A stretch of 64,000 nucleotides of DNA from the human T2T-CHM13v2.0 reference genome, Homo sapiens, in NCBI RefSeq assembly GCF_009914755.1, contig NC_060929.1. The stretch is one strand, 5' to 3'. The translations under genes and the position numbers were made by a program. Below the pieces are notes generated by a model that made no database searches, was not told the DNA's origin, and worked only from the letters and a program-made list of their open reading frames with translations. Below are positions 47,914-59,742 of this stretch, piece by piece. Every line of letters begins with the position of its first letter. Positions within the stretch are counted from its first letter, which is position 1.

Positions 47914-49369
47914 CACAGAGAAAGAGAAATTCCAGGCTCTCTATGGATGCTTCTCCTAAATTCCCAGCGTCAGAATTTGATGTTTCTAAGTAATGTAGCC
48001 CTTGTCTCTTCTCCCCTCCCCTGGTCCTTTCTGCCTCTGGCCAGCAGGAGCAAATGATGGGCATCACATGTCTCCAACCACAGTCTTTTGTTTCCTTACA
48101 AAAGGCAGATCCAATGTCCTCTTTGTTTAGCACCTGAAACAAAGCACCTGAAAAGCAGGTCCATAATTGGGATTTGGGGCACTGGACCCAGAAACAATAC
48201 ATCAGGGTAGTTCTTTATGGTGGAATTTTGCTAAAAGGTTCTGTTTCATCTTTATATGAGTACGGTAGACTAATTTGTGAGATAATATTTTGGCCGTAAG
48301 CACATTTTCTGCAAGTAAATAAGAAATCAGGTATTACACAAGTGACTTTGAAGCTACTGCTCTGTGTTCTCTTTGCTATCAGTTTTAATAACTGTTTTTA
48401 AGACACCATGTTTTGAAAAGAGCTTTGTTTTTCTCAGCTCTTTCTCTCATCTGCTACATTTTGTAAGAAAGCCATAATCTCATGTTTATGATATTAATTA
48501 TTGTGGATGTTATGTTATGTTATCAATGCTGTACTGAGACAGTACGGGTCAATAAAAGGATTTGAAATATGAGTATTAAACTACAGTAAGCATTTTTAAA
48601 AAGTAAAACATCTCATAAATAGAATCAGTTTTAGAATTAATACATACTCACCTTTGTACTCACTTATTGTTTAGCTGTAGGTACATTTTAAAGAATTAGG
48701 CCAAAGCAAACTCTATTTGAAAACACCTATTATTTGGAAAATGAAATTATATACAAATGATAAGATTATTATATTTTAAAGTAACCTCCCTTGCATGTCT
48801 CAGCATAAAGTATTTTTTTATGAAAGTAATTGACCTCTCTTCCTCCTCAGAATACTAGATAAGTACCACAGGTTGTGGGGGTGTGTGTGTGTTTAATTAA
48901 TATGAGAGGAAAGACAGAGCCCTGTAATAGAAGACTCTTCTGCCTTAAATAATAATTTTCTTAAAGCCTTTTATTCCTGCCACTTGAATGAAAGGAAATA
49001 ATGCCTTTCTTTCTTATCATCTCCTTGCTTTCCTGGTTCCCCAATTACCAGCTCCCAGCTCCTACTTCTTCTGCCATAGCAGACTATATTGACATGGCTG
49101 CATTACCAGCAGACCACTCCCTCCCACAATGCACCACAGTGCTTTCAACCCACTGGATTTCCCACAGGTCAAATTAGAAAGGACTTGGATCAGAGAAGGG
49201 CACTTCTCATGGGCCATAATGTGAATTTTGACTAATGGTAAATGAAGGATGAAACTAGTTTGAGAAGAAACATGTCAGACAAGTTTTCCTCAGATGGCAA
49301 GCTAATGTTTTTACAGCATTTTTTCCATCATTACAGTTCTCTCATTCCTGTTTTGATACCACCAACTTG

Positions 49370-49700
49370 ACTTATTGCCTGATTCTTGTCCCTGGTTTTG
49401 CCTCTTTGTTGCTCTTTTTCACTCTGTCCTCTCAGTCATCAAAGGAGAGGGAAAAGCAGTCTATTTATTTGAGAGATTTCACCTAGATTATTCAGCAAAT
49501 GCTTTCATTAGGCTGTATTTGTCAGTCCACTCTCTTATCTTATTTTCCTCAGTGAGCTCCTTGAAGTTCCCTCAGTGAGCTCCTTGAAGGAAACTCCTAT
49601 TTTTCAACATATGACTGGCTGTAATTTTTCAACATTACAGGCTGGCACTTAGCATATCATCAGTGCTTAATAAATTTTTTTTTTTTTTGGTCATACAAAC
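49370..49700 (+). mobile_element. L2 3' remnant with local duplications
   Basis: gtgagctccttgaagg..ctggcacttag..gtgcttaataaat. Confidence 0.5.
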
Positions 49701-49808
49701 TTAATTAATAGGATGTGTAATGTGTCCTGGCCTCTGAAAAAACTGTGTCATCATTGGGCTATTGTCAGCTGGGAGAAGTTGAGAAGTCCTATGGACTCTG
49801 AGGCAAAG

Positions 49809-51473
49809 GCACCTCCCACTTGCTTGGGAATGATGGGTTGGAGGTGGTGAAATTATCAGTGATCAAAGACATGTCTATTGCTTCCCATTTGCCCATCAAA
49901 AATAAGCCAAGGCCAGCAAGAATGAAGAGTTGCATGAGTCATCAGACGCTGGTGAAAATGATAGAATTTGAAGCTTCAAAGTAATCCATAAGCTTAATCA
50001 ACAAAATACTAAATTTTGCTAGTGATAATGCTAAAATTTAGCTTTTTGCTATTATTATTAAGAAAAATAATAGTATTTTGAAATGAGGCACTTGATTGCA
50101 CCTAGGTCTTTGTTTTCTTTGTAAGATTGCCTAAAACCTATCTGCTGCCTGTATTTAAAGGAGTAGTTACAACGTCCCTCCAGCCTCTCTGTAGGAGACA
50201 GAGACAGGAAATCTGCCCCAGGTCTGTGTGTGGGCTCCACAGACACTGCCAATACAGGAGTGCTGAACTCACAGCTGAGTCACATTGCTGTCCACACTAC
50301 ATAAATTATTTAAGACTTCAAAGGGAGAATATGATAGTGTAATGAATTTAAAATTCACAATGTACAACTGAAGTGAGAAGAAATGTATTTTAGTTTACTT
50401 CTCCATAGTGGAATTCAATTTAACTTTAAAGTTTCCATTTTCAACGACAGAGGTAAACTCAGCCTTGTCACTCTCAAGGTAACTGTGTCATTGCAGTTTC
50501 AAGGTTAGTCTCTTGGAGTAAATATTCAGTCAAATTAAAGATTTAAGCTCAGTAAGTTGGAGCTCAAATTCAATACATGAGCTGCAATCCACTCTCAAGG
50601 ATTCTCGTCTTCTCTTTCCCCTCAGGATATATCTGTGTACAGGGGTTCGTCTGGCTGTGCCCCAGATGCTTGTGTCCTTGCTGCAGCTGAAGGTTTTACA
50701 GCTGGTAACTTGTAGCCTGTTGTCTAAATGTGATAAAGGCCCACTATGGCCACCCCCATTCAGCCCCTTCTGGCTCAAATGAAGCTTGGAGACTCAACCT
50801 CACATTGATCTTTTCGGCTTCCCACCCTAGAGCCTGGGCTATAGGTCACCATGCTCCAAGGTGAGATGGCCCCTGTCATGCCTATTGCTGGACCTATTGG
50901 AAAGCTCAGTGTGCTTCCGCCATGTTCAGGCTGTGGGCACTGTGTCCAGCCTTCTCTCTACTTAACCTTCCATTTCTACTCAGTTTGGCAAGGAGCACAC
51001 TGTCGGGTGATTTCCTCCCAGGGTTCCAGAGAAGAGAGTCAAATGTTCCCCCTGCTCTAGGCTTTCCAAGTTCATCTAGGGGTATCTATCTCCTACAGCG
51101 AGGCTGCGGAAAGGTTGTAACTACTTCAAATACAGACAGCAGATAGGTTTTAGTGCAATCTTACACAGAAAGCAAAGATCTAGGTGCAATCAAGTCTTTT
51201 ATTTTAAAATACTACTCTTTTTCTTAATAACAGCAAAAAATCTAAATTTTGGCATTATTCCTGGCAAAATTTAGTATTTTCTTGATTGAGATTATAGATT
51301 ACTTTGGAGCTTCAAATTCTGTCATTTTCACCAGCATCTGATGACTCATGCAATGCTTCGCTCTTACTGGCCTCAGCTTATTTTCAATGAACAAAAAGGC
51401 AGCAATAGAATCTCTTTGATCACTGATAATTTTATCACCTCTAAGCCATCATTCCCAAGCAAGTGGGAGGTGC
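49809..51473. repeat. Long inverted repeat: arms 49809-50205 and 51082-51473, spacer 876 bp
   Basis: Hand alignment of the left arm with the reverse complement of the right arm gives about 60 differences over ~400 nt (~85%); the outer 28 bp gcacctcccacttgcttgggaatgatgg are identical. Confidence 0.95.
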
Positions 51474-52294
51474 TCCTGAAAGAAAGTTGTGACTGGGAAC
51501 TAGGCCAGGACGCTTTGGAAATGGGGTGGTTGTAGGGGGATGGTAGGGCACATTGAGGCCAGAAAGATACTTTTTCCTCAACAGTGAATGAATTGGCTAC
51601 ATTGTCTGGAAGACCCTCAAGTGTCACCAGGAGCTGTGTTTCTTGAGAGCAGTGTCCTGAGGCAGCCAGCCTGAGTCAACTTGAAATTCTATGGAGACCT
51701 GGAAGTATCTTTGGTTTCCATGGCCAGAGGCACAGAACACCTGGAGCTTCCCCCTTCTCCACTTCCTGCCTCCTAATCCCCACCCCCTGTGCTGACAGTC
51801 TGCTTTACACTGGTTCACTACCACTGTCATGTTTGTAGTGTTCGGCATCATGAGACATGCCTGAAAGAGATTATTATGGCAAAGATAAGGACAGGCAGCA
51901 GACTACTACATGTGTAGTTCCAAAGTGAAATCATCAACCTCCATCTGACTGACCAAGTTCGTTACATACAAGGAGAACTAGAGTGGTTGCCTACCTCTAA
52001 CCAGACACAGAAGACTTTGGTCTGCAGATGGCAACAGAGTCCACACCAGAATCCAACTTCCACCCAAAGCCTGGGCAACATCTAGTGATGCTGCTGCTGC
52101 TCTCCTGGTTTTAGCAGGAGGATTTTCTTTGTTGTCCCCAGTCCCATGACACAGCTCCCCTGTGTCTTGGAGCAGGGGTCTCCTGCAGTGTGTACCCCAC
52201 AATGGGGCTTGGAGCTTAAAAAGTCCCCATCTCCAGGCAGATTGACTTCAGATGAGAATGAGAAGGAAGCCTAAACATTTCAGGCATGAGATGC

Positions 52295-53067
52295 TGTGCC
52301 AATTATCAATTTATTACCTGTCCATTCTGAACTCACCCTTCACTGCCTGCTCTGCAATAATGGAGTTAGACTCAGTATTTCTCTTCTGCTAGTTAGCATG
52401 ATGTTCGTCGGTAGAGGGTGCTAGAAGGTCACTGGAGGAAGAAGGGATTTCTTGTCCTTTTCTGGTGTGCACCTCTCAGCAAGCTCCTACAGTACCCACT
52501 GGCTTACACAGCATCAGCTCCTCCAGTGCACAGGGGATAGCAGTGTCCAGCAGCCAGCAGTAAGTGCTACCTCCCCAGGGGCATCGTTCCCTATCACCTT
52601 CTCAGGCTGCTTTGCAATGGAGTACCCTAAGCTCAGCACTTCCCCAGAAATGTCTCCCCAAAAATCCTCTCACAGAGCTTTGCAATGAGATCCAAGGCAT
52701 GGCACCTCCCCATGGGGAGCTTCCCCTGGTAATCTAGAGGGTGGATTCCCAGGTAGTCCCACCAGCAGAGGACCTCAGCAAACCTCTTCTCCATCCAGTG
52801 AGCCATGGTTGCACCCTCTACCAATGAGGTCTGGATCTGGATCTCAGCCCAGGATGGAGGAGTCTCTTCCTTGGATGCTCTAGCTCAGCCCTGAGTTGTA
52901 GCTGCTCTCCATTAGGTTGCTTTCGGCCTTAAAGTTATTTTTACCTTTGACTAGCTAATCTCCTCTTACTCTAATCTTTTGTTAAAGTTAATAGTTCTCT
53001 ATTTCAATTTCTGATGTTCAAATTACTATGTGGTGTCTGTCTTCTGATTGAACTCCGAACTAACACC
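52295..53067 (+). mobile_element. LTR41 (ERVL) solo LTR
   Basis: Start tgtgccaattatcaatttatt; CTCF-like gtagagggtgct; end ttcaaattact.tgtggt.tctgtc; TSD gatgc/aatgc. Confidence 0.8.
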
Positions 53068-53121
53068 AATGCCAAAATGCAAACATACACAGCTACACCT
53101 GCTCCTAAGCCCCCTGAAGAT

Positions 53122-53123
<2 letters not shown>

Positions 53124-53163
<40 letters not shown>
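53124..53163. repeat. (AC)20 microsatellite
   Basis: Counted directly; a second (AC)~10 lies at 53279-53299. Confidence 0.95.
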
Positions 53164-53165
<2 letters not shown>

Positions 53166-53829
53166 TGAAATAGGGCAGAAGAGACTTAGGAGACTCATGT
53201 GAGCTCAGCTTTACTAACAAAAGATATTTTCCAAAAGGAAGTGAAAAGCACCTAAGAAGGCAGAGTGAAACTTAGACCACACACACACACACACACACAA
53301 AAAAAAAGAAACTGCCCAGCCCTCTTCAGGAACATAGAGATAGGCACTAAGTTGCCATCCATGGAGACATAAATGAAGAGCTACTCACTCACTGCTTTGC
53401 ACTTTATAAGGATGTTGGAAGGTCTTCAAGTCAGAGGGCAGAAATAAAGCCCAGGACTCACCAGTGAGCCCTCAAAATATGAGTTCTATTCTACTGATGG
53501 GGAATATTGGTTAGCCCCTTAATCCTGAATCCAGTTCTGCCTCATTAGACAAGGAGGAAACCCCGGGTCCCTGGTGTCTAGGACCCCAGACTACCATCAC
53601 CCTGCTGCCAATAGTGCTTCACCCAACTCCCACTGCCCACTCTCTTGACCCACAAGGCATACCTGGGAGTTGACCCAACCCTTTTATCAATCCGGCCTTC
53701 CCATTTTTCTTTGGCACCATCCCTGTGCTTTGGGTTTTAGGGGTTTTAGTGCCTTCCTTTCCTCTTTTCTCTTATCTCATCCTCCTTGATGGGGGGACTG
53801 GAAGAGGCACAATACAATTTCTAAATATA

Positions 53830-54265
53830 TTTGTTTTAAAAAAACACTATAAATAATTATGAGGTAGAAATCATAAAAGCATGGGTTCAAAATGAATAAA
53901 AATGCCAATTCCCATAATGTTATGTAAATAGGTACTTGTAGCTTATGATAAAATTGCTGAAGACAGCTTCGTGCTGGGATTCAAAAAGTGCTGTATTTCA
54001 AATAACAGATCGAATGAAACAAAGCTGATGTGCTTGGAAAAAACCGGGGTAAGATGACACCAGCGTGGTTCTAGTGTTGGCAAAGATTATAATGCTGAAG
54101 ATACATGCAAGGAACTTAAGTAAAACTAGGTCATAATATGTGAGACAGAAAAACTCTAGAACATTCTTAAATGCACATGTCATTTTATATGATATGGGAT
54201 TTTAATAAATAATAGTTAATTATAACAAAGTTTTTAGAAAGAGACATTTGACTGTTTTGACTATA
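53830..54265 (+). mobile_element. Ancient TcMar (pogo/Tc2, Kanga-like) transposase 3' remnant
   Basis: Frame from 53920 reads LCK*VLVAYDKIAEDSFVLGFKKCCISN, matching the pogo-family C-terminal W..AW..I....I...FKKCGISN motif. Confidence 0.6.
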
Positions 54266-54609
54266 TCCTTAGAAGTGTGTATTGTTTCCAAGTTGGCCTA
54301 TCATTTTTTAGTCGCTTTTTTGGAAAAAAAAAAAAAAAGGAAGGTCTCCTCATATTCAGGATTGCCTAGTGTTCAGGCACATGAGGACTACCATGAGCCT
54401 GGTAGCTAGTAGTCAGACAATAACCTGTCTCTTTCAGTTCAAGGTAAAGCAAGCCTATGCTTGAGCCTCCCTCAAAGCTTCCTGCTTTAGGAATTTACTC
54501 ATCTCTCAGAACTGGTGAGAACAGTGTCTGGCTCTCTGAGATACTAGCTTTCCTCCCTAGAAAAGTAGTTGGTAGCCCCTAGCATTGAAGTCTCTTTTAA
54601 AAATTCGAA

Positions 54610-55760
54610 CACAACCCATATACATACATACGGTTAATTGGCTTTCAACAAAGGTGCAAAATCAACTCAATGGAGAAAGAAGATTCTTAAATGATAATCA
54701 CAAATGATTATGGAACAATTGGACATCTATATACTAAAAAAGAGAGAACCTTAGCCCTTATCTTGTACCACACACAAAAATTAAGGTAAAAATAGATCAT
54801 TAACCTAAATGTACAACATGTAACATGTCTAGAAAAAGTCACAGGAGAAAAATTTTGTGACCTTGGGTTAGGCAAAGATTCATTAGATACAACACCTATA
54901 ACATGATCCACAAAAGAAATAAAAGCTGATAACCTGGACTTCATTAAAACTTAAAACTTCTACTCTTGAAAAGACACTGTTAAAAATATAAGCTACAGAC
55001 TGTGAGAAAATATTTATAAAATACATATTCATTAAAAGGCATATTTCCAAAATACATAAAGAGCTCTCTCAACTCAGTAGGTTTTTAAAATCCCATTTAG
55101 AAATAGGCAAAAATTTGAACAGACACTTCAACAAATTAAATACATAGATGGCAAATAAGTACATGAAAAGATGCTCATCATTTAAGATATGTGATTGGCA
55201 GTTTCTTATAAAGTTAAATATACACTTACCGTATGACCCAAAAATCCCATTCCAAGGTATTTACTCAAGAGAAATGAAGACATATACCCACTCAAAAAAC
55301 TGTACACAAATATTTATAATGGATTTATTAATAATCACCCCAAACTGAAAACACCCAAATATTTTTCAACCAGTGAATGGGTAACAAACAATCGTACATC
55401 CGTATAATGCAGTAAATAGACAGGAAATACTAAACATGCAACAACACGGGGGAATCTCCAATACATTATGCTAAGTGAAAGAAGCTGGACTCATAAGGTA
55501 TAGGACAGTCTGCAAAAAAACAAAATAAGAGGGATAGAGAAGTAATCAGTGGTTGCCAGCAGCTGGAAATGGGGAGGGGTTGACCACGAATAGGCTCAAG
55601 TGAACATTTGGGTATGACAAAAAAGTTCTATATCTTGATTGTGGTGGTGGTTACATGACTGTCTGCATTTGTCAAAGCTTATTAAACTATACTTTTAAAT
55701 GGTGAATTTTGCTGTGTATAAATTACAGCTCAATTTAAAAAAACAAAAACAAAAACAAAA
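54610..55760 (+). mobile_element. L1ME1-like ORF2 C-terminus and 3' end
   Basis: caacaaaggtgcaaa, gtgaccttgggttaggcaaagatt, tatcttgattgtggtggtggttacatgact, (AAAAAC)n tail. Confidence 0.8.
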
Positions 55761-56197
55761 AACTCTGACCCAGATCACTGTGGTCATTGTTGGTGGAGAC
55801 TGCTGGCCTCTTAGCTCTCTTATGAGTGGGGTTACCAGCTAATCCCTGACATATTTGTGGTTCCAGGACTCCTAAAGGGTTGTGCAATGGTTTGTCTCCT
55901 TTCTCAAAGACAGCTGCTGGCTGATGGTAAAAGATAAAGAGAAAGAAAGATGTACACAGGCAAGTCAGGGAGAAATTTATCTTTCTTTTCCTTCCTGTCT
56001 TTCTTTTATATTCTTCCTCCCTCTTCTATTTCCTGCAGCCCTTATTTTTCTTTCACTTACTTTTCCTATTTATTCATCAGCTGAAACCTTGCTGAAAGGG
56101 ATTAGCTGGGGGCTAAGTCGAGTAGGGCAAAAGGAAGCATTTGCTTCTAATCAGTAGTACACTGGTAAATGATTAGTAACCAGCTCTCTGAAACACC

Positions 56198-56212
56198 CAC
56201 ACACACACACAA

Positions 56213-56243
<31 letters not shown>
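56198..56243. repeat. Interrupted (CA)n microsatellite
   Basis: Read directly. Confidence 0.9.
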
Positions 56244-56291
56244 AACTAAAGTTTCTTTTAAATTTTACTGATATGAAGAGTATATAGCACA

Positions 56292-56622
56292 GGCTGGGTG
56301 CAGTGGCTCACGCCTATAATTCCCAGCAATTTGAGAGGCTGAGGCAGGTAGATCACTTGAAGTCAGGAGTTCAAGACCAGCCAAGGCAACATGGCAAAAC
56401 CCCATCTCTAATAAAAAAAAAAAAATACAAAAATTAACTGGGCATGGTGGCACACGCCTGTAATCCCAGCTACTCAGGAGGCTGAGACAGGAGAATTGCT
56501 TGCACCCGCAGGCAGAGGTTGCAATGACCCGAGATCATGCCATTGCACTCCAGCCTGGGCAACAGAGCAAGATTCCATCTCAAAAAAAAAAAAAAACAAA
56601 CAAAAAGAAAAAATAGAGAAAA
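56292..56622 (+). mobile_element. AluSx/Sz
   Basis: Full dimer; perfect TSD aagagtatatagcaca. Confidence 0.95.
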
Positions 56623-58389
56623 AAGAGTATATAGCACATAGTGTATAAATATTAGCAAAACAGAAAATGTTCTTTAATGTGACTTTCATATAGCCAATAA
56701 TTCTCCTGATTTTTGCCCATGATTGTTTCATTGATTTTTGCTGAACTTTTGTATCTGTAGCCAACCTATCATTATAAATAACAAACAAGTGTAGTTTTGA
56801 CAAGAATCCTGGCTGATATTTTCTTAGTCATTAATGAGTAAGATGAAAATGAAACAACAAAGATATATGTTAGAACTTTATTTATTTGTCTATAATGTGA
56901 GCGACTTGGAAGAATTTGATAATGGTTTTTAAATACCGGAATAATATTTCCTCAATCTGTGTGCTATTCGCAAAGTAAGAGCAATAGACGTGACACGCTT
57001 TTAACTTTAATGTACAGCATTAACATTTTCTCCATCACTAGACTATCAACAAAACAATAAGTCAAGCCCAGATTTTGAGCATTTCTTGAGTTCCCTGGTG
57101 TAAATGCTCTCGCTCTGGCCAATTTCAAACTACCAATGTGACATCATTGAACTTAGTGTTTTGAGTAGATGTGCCCTAGAACATTATACAGTTTTTCCAC
57201 CATTTAGATACAAGAGATGGAATGGCATCAGGAGCATAGGAAATGGTTAAATGTGAGAAAATGATTTGAAAGTGATGAGTTTTGAGTGCTTATTACCTTT
57301 GTTTTCAATATAATTTATTGAATTGCAATTTTATATTATTTAATTTTTAATAATAGCTGTGTGTAATTGCCAACTCATAAAATCTCTAAACTGACTTTCT
57401 CTCAGTTCTTTAAGCTGGTTCCAGTCTACTAAAGATCTTGGTGCAAGTCTCTGGATCCCTCCCCAACCCCAAATGACGGGGGAGCTGTAGCAGCATGAAG
57501 GGAGAGCGGATGCAAACATATGTTGTTTCTCTTGAGCCCCACCGCTCTCAACGTGCTGCTGGGGCTGCTTTGGTCTTGTGGGATGTTCCCCTGAGCTACT
57601 CAGACTGGTTGTTAGGGCGGATTATCAATGTCATCAGCCAAACCATAAACTGTGTCAAGATATTGATGTGAATTTCAGTGAAATAAATGATTTGGTTTTC
57701 TTTGTTAAATTTTATTCATTAAAATATGCTTTTATAAAATGAGGATTTATTGTAGAGGGCAATATTGTTATTCTGAAATGCCTTTCATTTTAAAGTAAAC
57801 CTGGAAAGAGCACCACCAAAATGGTGACAATTCTTATCTTGAATGGTGAGATTTTTTTCTTTCTTCTTGAGATTTTCTGGAGTTTCCAAATTTTCTATGA
57901 TAAACAGCTAACATTTTGGTAGTATGAAAAACAATTGAGACAAATCTTTAGTAACTTGATATTCAAGTTACATTGGTGCTGTCCCTTTAAGTACTAGAAG
58001 AATACGTAGCACTTTCAGTAAAATAATGCCGAGGGAGGAGACATTGCTATGCTCAGTTTCATTTAAAAGCCAGATGTCCAGGAATTGGATATGGCTAATT
58101 ATCAATTTCTACCCAGATGGAGAGTTTTCCTTTTTTTTTTTTTTTGTCATTAGACAGAAAAGCACAGAGTCTCTGGCTGATTATTGCATTCAGCCACTTT
58201 AATTGGAAAGTTTTAAGAAATAGGTGGAGCTTAAAAGAAGGGAAGCTTAGTGTATCATGAGTGAAATGTTGATACAGGCACAAGAGAAACAAAAAAAGAA
58301 GAAACATGTATAATTGGTGTCATAAAGATTTTCAAACTTGCTCTATGACCAATTCAATTACTGCTGGAAATGGAATTCATACCTTCTCA

Positions 58390-58705
58390 TGTCTGCCTTC
58401 CAAATTATACCAAGATTTAGCAGCTTATAACAAGAAGTATTTTTTTTTCACAGTTTCTATTGGTCAGGAATTTGAGCATGGTTTACCTAGGTACCCGTGC
58501 TTCAAGGTCTCTCATAAAGCTTTCAGCCAAGTCTGTGCTATCATCTGCAGCCTTGACTGGGAGAGTCACTTCCAAGCTCTCTCACATGATTGATGGCAGG
58601 GAGTTCCTCATGAACTGTTGGACTAAGAACCTCAGTTCTTCACTAGCTTTTGGGCAGAGGCCTCCCTCAATTCCACGTCAGGTGGGCCTCTCCATAAGGC
58701 AGTTT
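58390..58705 (-). mobile_element. Truncated MLT1F-like LTR
   Basis: tcacagtttct..ggtcaggaattt, cacttccaagctc.ctcacatg, gtgggcctctccata. Confidence 0.75.
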
Positions 58706-59078
58706 ATGTTCTGGATTGGAGCATGTCTTCCACCTTGGTTCATCCATCATTTCTTGTCTTCTAGACACTTGCCAAATCTCTCATCAGCTGATGGAACATT
58801 CTTCATTCTCAATAGTCACAAATTTATTCCCTTTTATGCAGTTATTGGGCAGGGAACAGACCCAGGTTTTATCATGAAAGGGTGTTGCATTTTGTCAAAT
58901 GCTTTTTCTGTATCAAATGATGTGATTACACATGAATTTTCTTCTGTAGCCTGTTGTATGTAGATAATGTAGATCACATTGATTTTCGAATATTGAACTA
59001 GCCATGCATACCTGGGAGAAATCCTACTTGCCATGTCATATTTTTTTTAAATATATTATTGGGTTTGATTTTCTAGTA

Positions 59079-59742
59079 CACTCAAAATCCTCCATATCTG
59101 TGGGTTCTGCATCCATAAATTCAACCAACTGCAGATCACAAATATTTAGAAAAAGAACAATAAAAATAACAATATAACAATGAAAATAATAAAAATAAAA
59201 ACCAATATAGTATAACAACTAGTTACATAGCATCTATCCTGTATTAGGTATTACAATCATGAAGTGCATAACAATATTTTAGTCAATAACAGACCACATA
59301 TACAACGATGATTTCCTAAAATTATCATTCTATATTTTTGCTGTAACTTTTCTATGTTTAAATATACACACACCTACCATTGTGTTACCATTACCTACGG
59401 TATTCAGTGCAGTAACATGTTGTATAAGTATGTAGCCTAGGAGCAATAAGCTAGATCATATAGCCTATGTGTGTCCTAGGCTATACCATCTAGGCTTGTG
59501 TAAGTACATGCTATGATGTTTGCACAATAACAAAATCACCAAACGCATTTCTCAGAATGTATTCCTGTCGTTAAGCAGAGCATGTCTATAAAGTCATCTA
59601 GAGGTGATTTAACATATACAGAGGATATGCCTGGATTATATGCAAATACTGTGCCATTTTATATAAGAAACAAGTATCTGTGGAATTTGGTATTCTCAGG
59701 AGCTTGAAACCAATTCCCCATGGATTCCAAGAAAAAACAATG
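59079..59742. mobile_element. MER2-family TcMar-Tigger element split by Tigger3a
   Basis: cctccatatctgtgggttctgcatcc..ttcaaccaactgcagatc; resumes aagtcatctagag.tgatttaa..aaccaattccccatggat. Confidence 0.85.
59254..59588 (+). mobile_element. Tigger3a (MER7A)
   Basis: Inserted at TA with TA on both sides; gtagcctaggagcaata, catttctcagaatgtattcctgtcgttaagc. Confidence 0.85.

Larger units (their letters stand above)
56152..57432. mobile_element. Arthur1(B)-like hAT-Tip100 fossil with nested (CA)n and Alu
   Basis: Start cagt..actggtaaatg..aaccagctctc; internal ggccaatttcaaactaccaatgtga and gtgatgagttttgagt; end gctggttccag. Confidence 0.7.

Noticed and set aside
48640-48700. Strong minus-strand donor aag|gtgagt
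   Set aside because: Only a weak acceptor about 23 nt upstream and no supporting exon chain
58460-58963. 167-aa ORF
   Set aside because: Crosses MLT1F, filler and antisense L1; non-ATG start; chance frame
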